NCBI GenBank assembly: GCA_965203095.1
Contig: OZ241877.1
Span: 928,001-992,000, forward strand
Length of the DNA stretch: 64,000 nt
From: Bdellovibrionales bacterium
GTDB taxonomy: Bacteria; Bdellovibrionota; Bdellovibrionia; Bdellovibrionales; UBA1609
Direction of reading: 5' to 3'
The notes under the pieces were generated by a model. That model saw nothing but the letters and a program-made list of their open reading frames with translations, was not told the DNA's origin and made no database searches. A program made the position numbers and the translations under genes. Shown here one piece after another: positions 59,360 through 64,000 of the stretch (its first letter is position 1; each line of letters starts with the position of its first letter).

Positions 59360-60917
59360 TTTCTCCTCCTTTGAAATGGGATGCCCCCAGTTTAACAAAA
59401 CAAAACTGTTGTGCTAAGCCAAAAAGCCCGCTGACAAAAATATAAAGTGTCAAACCTGCTGGCAGACTAAGCATAAAAACAGAAAAAAGTAAAGGCAAAA
59501 AACTTAAAAGGCGAGCTTGCTCCTTAGGTAAATTCATTGGGGTTATTTTTTGCTGAACAAACAAAATCAAACCTCCTAAAATAGGAAGAACATAAAAGGG
59601 GTCTTTTAAGCTCAAATCTTTGATCCATAAAACAAAAGGTGATTGATAAAGTTCAATGCTCTCCCCTAACACACGATAGAGAGCAAAAAACACAGGAAAT
59701 TGAAGAAATAAAGGCAAGCAACCTCCAAAAGGATTGGCTTTGTGTTTTTTCATCATGGCCATAATCTCTGTATTCATTTTTTTTGGGTCTGATTTGTGTT
59801 TTTCCCTCAATTCTTTGATTTGGGGCTGTATTTTTTGCATGATTTTCATGGATTTATAGGATTTAAGGTTTATGGGAAGTAGCCCCAACCTTATAAAAAG
59901 GGTTAGTAAAATAATGGCTAAGCCCCAATTATGACTCCAGCTGTTGAGCCAAGTTAAAAACATTAAAAGAGGTCTGGCCAGCAAGCTAAAAAAACCAAAG
60001 TCTATCCATTGCCGAACAGGCCCTCCTAAACCCTGAAGATTTTTAAGTGATTTTGGGCCTAAAAAAGCTCTGTATTCTATCTTTTGTTCTTTCCCCAGGG
60101 AGGGGTTATAGTCCAGCCAAGCTACAGCCTGTTTTTGGTTTTTTGTAAAAGCAACAGAAGGAAAAAAATCCCCCTCAGCAATAAAAGCCTTGCCAAAATA
60201 TTTATCTCCTAAGCCGGCAACATTCAGATTGGAGTAAGATGGCTTTTCTTCAAGGTGCTTTTCCATCACCCTTTCTTTTTGCTTTCCTTCATAAGAAACA
60301 AAACCCTTGAGAGTTTTTTGCCCATAGATAAAAAACATGTTAAGAAGGTTGTCGTTGGCCTTTTCTGGCAAGGGATGAGAAAAAACCAACCTTGAGCCTG
60401 TTAAAGTCTTGTCTTCTGCCTGTATCTCTATTTTTCCAGATAGAACAAAAAGATCTTCATGAATGCGAAAGCTTTTTTTTACTGTTCCTTGAGGAGAGGA
60501 AAAAAGCCCCACAAAAAGCTCTCCTTGTTTCTCAATTTTAAAAGGGATGGCCTCCTTAGTTCCAGGGAAAAGAGAGGAAAATAGGGGGTTTTCCTGAGAG
60601 CGAAAGATTACTGGAGCTTTTTTTCTATCAAGATAGCCTTTTAATTTAAACTGTTGGATGCCAAAGCCTTTAGAGGAAAAAAGTATTTCTATCTTTTCCC
60701 CGTTAAACTTAAGGATTGTTTCTTTATATTTTTTAGGGCTTTTAAAAGCTTTTTTCTCTAAAATTTTATCTTGTTTTTGGGCTATCGGAGAAGGATCGGG
60801 GGGTGAGGTTGGGTATTTTTTCCTCATATAATAATCCCAACCAAACCATGATAAAACCAAAATACCAATGGCAACTAAGGTTTTTGTGTCTAAAAAATGC
60901 TCTTTTTCTTCCGGCAT
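59322..60917 (-). CDS. yidC: Membrane protein insertase YidC
   Basis: IDFGFF, NWGLAIILLT, GGCLP..Q.PVF, DPFYVLP. Confidence 0.96.
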   Translation of the reverse strand: MPEEKEHFLDTKTLVAIGILVLSWFGWDYYMRKKYPTSPPDPSPIAQKQDKILEKKAFKSPKKYKETILKFNGEKIEILFSSKGFGIQQFKLKGYLDRKKAPVIFRSQENPLFSSLFPGTKEAIPFKIEKQGELFVGLFSSPQGTVKKSFRIHEDLFVLSGKIEIQAEDKTLTGSRLVFSHPLPEKANDNLLNMFFIYGQKTLKGFVSYEGKQKERVMEKHLEEKPSYSNLNVAGLGDKYFGKAFIAEGDFFPSVAFTKNQKQAVAWLDYNPSLGKEQKIEYRAFLGPKSLKNLQGLGGPVRQWIDFGFFSLLARPLLMFLTWLNSWSHNWGLAIILLTLFIRLGLLPINLKSYKSMKIMQKIQPQIKELREKHKSDPKKMNTEIMAMMKKHKANPFGGCLPLFLQFPVFFALYRVLGESIELYQSPFVLWIKDLSLKDPFYVLPILGGLILFVQQKITPMNLPKEQARLLSFLPLLFSVFMLSLPAGLTLYIFVSGLFGLAQQFCFVKLGASHFKGGENVKTVWWKKKNS

Positions 60918-60922
60918 ACTTT

Positions 60923-61210
60923 TTACCTTTTTTTAAGCTCCCACAATTCTTTTTCATCTCGAATTTTAGGCCCAAAAGGGTGACAGGCTAAAATCCTCTT
61001 AAAAGTTAAGGCTGTGGCTTTTAAAAAAGGATAGTTTTTATAAACCAGCTCAGCATATTCACTACAGGAAGGATAAAACCTACAAGCCCCTCCACAAGCT
61101 AAAAAAGTTGAGAGAAAAAGCCTATAAAAAGAAATCAAAAAAAGGGCGGTCATAGAGCTAAAAAACTTAAGCCTTTGAATGAATTTTTTCCAAAATGAAC
61201 TGAAAAACAT
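60923..61210 (-). CDS. yidD: Membrane protein insertion efficiency factor
   Basis: CRFYPSCSEY and RILACHPF. Confidence 0.92.
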   Translation of the reverse strand: MFFSSFWKKFIQRLKFFSSMTALFLISFYRLFLSTFLACGGACRFYPSCSEYAELVYKNYPFLKATALTFKRILACHPFGPKIRDEKELWELKKR

Positions 61211-61517
61211 GATTAAAATCCTTTCTTTTGAGTTTTTTATAAAATAATTGATCCTTTTGAAGAAAAACCATTAAAATAAGCCCTTTTAATGAGCTTTGCC
61301 TTAAAAGCTCTCGCCCCCATCTTTTTAATCTGTTTCTGACTACAGCAGAGGGAATATGTTTTTTTGATAGGCTCCATGCCACCTTAAGTGGCCCACCAGC
61401 CCCCCTTTTTACATAAAAAAAAGCTTTCAACCATTGATAGGAAAGAGGACAGCCATATTTTTTCAGCTGGTCAAAATCTTTTTTTTGGCAAAGAGTTCGT
61501 AATTTACTTTTTTCCAA
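61167..61517 (-). CDS. rnpA: Ribonuclease P protein component
   Basis: [13 protein letters not shown]; position between rpmH and yidD. Confidence 0.85.
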   Translation of the reverse strand: MEKSKLRTLCQKKDFDQLKKYGCPLSYQWLKAFFYVKRGAGGPLKVAWSLSKKHIPSAVVRNRLKRWGRELLRQSSLKGLILMVFLQKDQLFYKKLKRKDFNHVFQFILEKIHSKA

Positions 61518-61653
61518 CAGAAACCACCAGTTTTTGCCTTCCCTTTCTCCTCCGGCGAGCCAAAAGCTTTTTGCCTGCTTGCGTCAAGCTTCTTTTTCTA
61601 AAGCCATGGCTGTTTTTTCTCTTGCGTGCACTGGGCTGATAGGTTCTTTTCAT
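61504..61653 (-). CDS. rpmH: 50S ribosomal protein L34
   Basis: Manual translation [49 protein letters not shown]. Confidence 0.96.
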   Translation of the reverse strand: MKRTYQPSARKRKNSHGFRKRSLTQAGKKLLARRRRKGRQKLVVSVGKK

Positions 61654-61802
61654 AAAGCCTCTTTTCCTTTTTTGTGGTTTTGACGCATGATAAAAACAAT
61701 TTTTTCTCTTTCCGTCAAGCTTTAAACTGTGCTAAAAGCTTTAAAATAATAAAGATGCCCTGTTTCCTTTTTAAAAATTAAAAGCCATGTTATGGAGGCC
61801 CT

Positions 61803-63149
61803 TTGAAAGCTGAAACCAACCTTTTTTGGCAAAATTTCAAAACTTTCTTTCTGAAGGAAAATAAAAAGTCGAGTTTACATAAAATTTGGCTGGAATCCAT
61901 TACTTCTTTAGAGCCGGAGAAAAAAAAAGAAGGTTTCCTTTTCACATTACAGGCTCCTTCTAAATTACATGAAAAATGGTTAAAAGAGCAAGTTTTAACT
62001 GATTTCTATAAATATATTCATCAATTTTATAAAAACAAATGCAAAGTGGTTTTAGAGGTGGCGCCTCAGCTCCCCTCTCCTAAGAAAAACCCAGATAAAA
62101 AAATCTCCTTTACTTCCAAAACACAAGGGCTTTTTTTTAACTCTAACTATACTTTTAAAAATTTTGTTGTGGGGAAAAACAACAAGTTAGCTTATGGAGC
62201 CAGCTTCTCCATTACCCAACACAAAAAAGCTAATGAAAATTGCAATCCTTTGTTTATTTATAGCCCTTCAGGCTTAGGGAAAACACATCTTCTTAACGCT
62301 ATTGGCCAACAACGGCTAAAAAAACACCCACAAAATAAAGTTATTTACCTGTCTACAGAGCGATTTTTAAACGAATATATTAACTCCCTTCAAAATAAGC
62401 GAATGAATATCTTTAGAAAAAAATTTAGAACTAACTGTGACCTGCTTTTAATGGACGATATACAAATTATTGCCAAAGGAAGAGGGGTCCAAGAAGAGTT
62501 TTTTCATACATTTAATGAGCTTTACAATCAAAAAAGTCAAATAGTGATTTGTTGTGATCAAAGGCCTGGTGCTGTGGCTTTTTTAGAAGAAAGAATCCGA
62601 ACTCGTTTAGAGGGAGGGCTTATCGCCGATATATCTTATCCTGATAGGGAAACTCGTATAGCTATATTGAAACAAAAAACAACTCAAAGAGGCTTATTTC
62701 TATCCCCACAAAGTTTAGAGCAAATTGCCCAAACTTGCCAAAAATCCATAAGAGAAATGGAAGGGGTTTTAAATAAAATCAAAATGATGACTGAGCTTCA
62801 TGGTGGGGGGCTTTCTTTAAAGGAAATTGAAAATATTTTGAGCGGGATTCAAAAAGAGCTAACTGTGGAAGAAATTCAGAAAAAAACGGTCCATGCTTTT
62901 CATATCTCTATAGAAAATTTAAAATCCCCTTCCAGAAAAAAGCATATTGTTCGTGCAAGACAAACCGCTATGTTTCTTATCCGAAAATTCCTTAAAAAAT
63001 CCTTAAATGATATAAGTTTATCTTTTGGAAAAAAAGACCACACTACAGTTTTAAACTCTATAAAAAAAATAGAAAAACTTAAAACGCAGGACAGTTCGTT
63101 TAAAAAACTGTTGGAAGATCTGGAAAGAGAAATAGCACCTGAGCTTTAA
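61803..63149 (+). CDS. dnaA: Chromosomal replication initiator DnaA
   Basis: YTFKNFVVG, NPLFIY..SGLGKTHL, QEEFFHTFN, KDHTTVL. Confidence 0.98.
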   Translation: MKAETNLFWQNFKTFFLKENKKSSLHKIWLESITSLEPEKKKEGFLFTLQAPSKLHEKWLKEQVLTDFYKYIHQFYKNKCKVVLEVAPQLPSPKKNPDKKISFTSKTQGLFFNSNYTFKNFVVGKNNKLAYGASFSITQHKKANENCNPLFIYSPSGLGKTHLLNAIGQQRLKKHPQNKVIYLSTERFLNEYINSLQNKRMNIFRKKFRTNCDLLLMDDIQIIAKGRGVQEEFFHTFNELYNQKSQIVICCDQRPGAVAFLEERIRTRLEGGLIADISYPDRETRIAILKQKTTQRGLFLSPQSLEQIAQTCQKSIREMEGVLNKIKMMTELHGGGLSLKEIENILSGIQKELTVEEIQKKTVHAFHISIENLKSPSRKKHIVRARQTAMFLIRKFLKKSLNDISLSFGKKDHTTVLNSIKKIEKLKTQDSSFKKLLEDLEREIAPEL

Positions 63150-63434
63150 ATTATAAAAAATCTGATTGTTTTATTAGTTTTCCTTATATTCCACAAAATT
63201 ATGTGAAAAGAATGGGGAAAACTAAATTTTAAAGGATTTTATGTTTTTATGGGTAAAAATTAAATAAAATTGTGGATAAAAAAAGCTATTTTAAAGGCTT
63301 TTTTCAAGCTTTTCCACAAAAAACACAGGTTTACTACTGATATATTTTTAAAAAGAAAGTATAAGAAAAGCTTGAAAAATAAGAAAAACCAATATAAGGC
63401 TTTTAAAAAACGAAGAAAATAAGGAGGTCAAAAA
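63150..63434. promoter_or_regulatory. Replication origin oriC
   Basis: AT-rich dnaA-dnaN spacer; perfect DnaA box TGTGGATAA at 63271-63279; TTTTCCACA at 63310-63318 followed by a TACTACT trio-like run. Confidence 0.8.
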
Positions 63435-64000
63435 ATGCATATTCAGGTAAAAAAGGAGAACATATTTCCCATTTTATCTCAAATTCAAGGTATATTAGAA
63501 AAGCGATCCACTCTCCCTATTTTTGTCAATGTTCTTATTAAAACCCAAGCTGATAAAATTTCTATTTATGCCTCAGATTCAGAGTTGAGTTTTTCTGCCG
63601 ACTTTCCGGGAAAAATAGAAAAGTCGGGTGAGCTTACAGTTAACGGGAAGAAACTGTTTGAAATTGTTAGAGAATTGGAATCATCAGATTTTGAGTTAAG
63701 TTCGGAGAAAAATTATCAAGTAAAACTTAAACAAAACCAATCTTTATTTAAAATACATGGCTTAAATCCAAAGGATTTTCCTGCATTTCCTCCATTAAAA
63801 CAAGAAAAAACACAAAAACTCCCTGTTAAAGATATTTTAGAAGTAATTGATAAAACTCTTTACTGTGTGAGTTTAGATGAATCCCGATACCATCTGACAG
63901 GAGTTTTTTTAGATCAGGTGGGGGGTTCTAAATACCGCTTTGTGGCTACCGATGGTCATCGTATGAGTTTTGTGGATATCCCTGGAGAAAAAAACGATAA
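63435..64000 (+). CDS. dnaN: DNA polymerase III beta clamp (5' part)
   Basis: AGGAGG RBS; MHIQVKKENIFPILSQIQGILEKRSTLPI..., later VATDGHR; runs off the window edge. Confidence 0.95.
   Translation, partial: MHIQVKKENIFPILSQIQGILEKRSTLPIFVNVLIKTQADKISIYASDSELSFSADFPGKIEKSGELTVNGKKLFEIVRELESSDFELSSEKNYQVKLKQNQSLFKIHGLNPKDFPAFPPLKQEKTQKLPVKDILEVIDKTLYCVSLDESRYHLTGVFLDQVGGSKYRFVATDGHRMSFVDIPGEKND

Noticed and set aside
1..64000. tRNA, rRNA or riboswitch
   Set aside because: None recognised by eye; a covariance-model scan would be needed to exclude them

Overview
AT-rich bacterial chromosome segment spanning the replication origin. Gene content and protein styles suggest Bdellovibrionota (inference). 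Left part (1-32.4 kb): mostly housekeeping genes (DnaJ-class, grpE, tatB, membrane PPase, rpsF/rplI, metK, ETF-QO, bioA, argS, sucCD, ndk, gcvT, parBA), plus a large HExxH metalloprotease gene whose signal peptide is out of frame at a T10 run. Right part (54.9-64 kb): the classic rsmG-mnmG-mnmE-jag-yidC-yidD-rnpA-rpmH-dnaA-oriC-dnaN block. Between parA and rsmG, around two parS sites, lies a ~21-kb accessory array of about 25 almost all co-oriented, self-promoted gene units, mostly for secreted proteins. It includes 9 diversified signal-peptide pentapeptide-repeat proteins, two other small secreted families, a Flp-like pilin and a pilin-anchored S74-chaperone fibre with a C14 tract. The units are stitched together by a few recurrent intergenic modules and show several chimeric junctions. 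The array also contains a serine recombinase, an HNH module, many sigma28-type promoters and an IS1634-family element flanked by a 1,161-bp direct repeat. The best candidate for a new system is this recombining, promoter-carrying cassette array for secreted repeat proteins. Its mechanism is inferred, not shown. All calls are from visual reading; no database searches were run.
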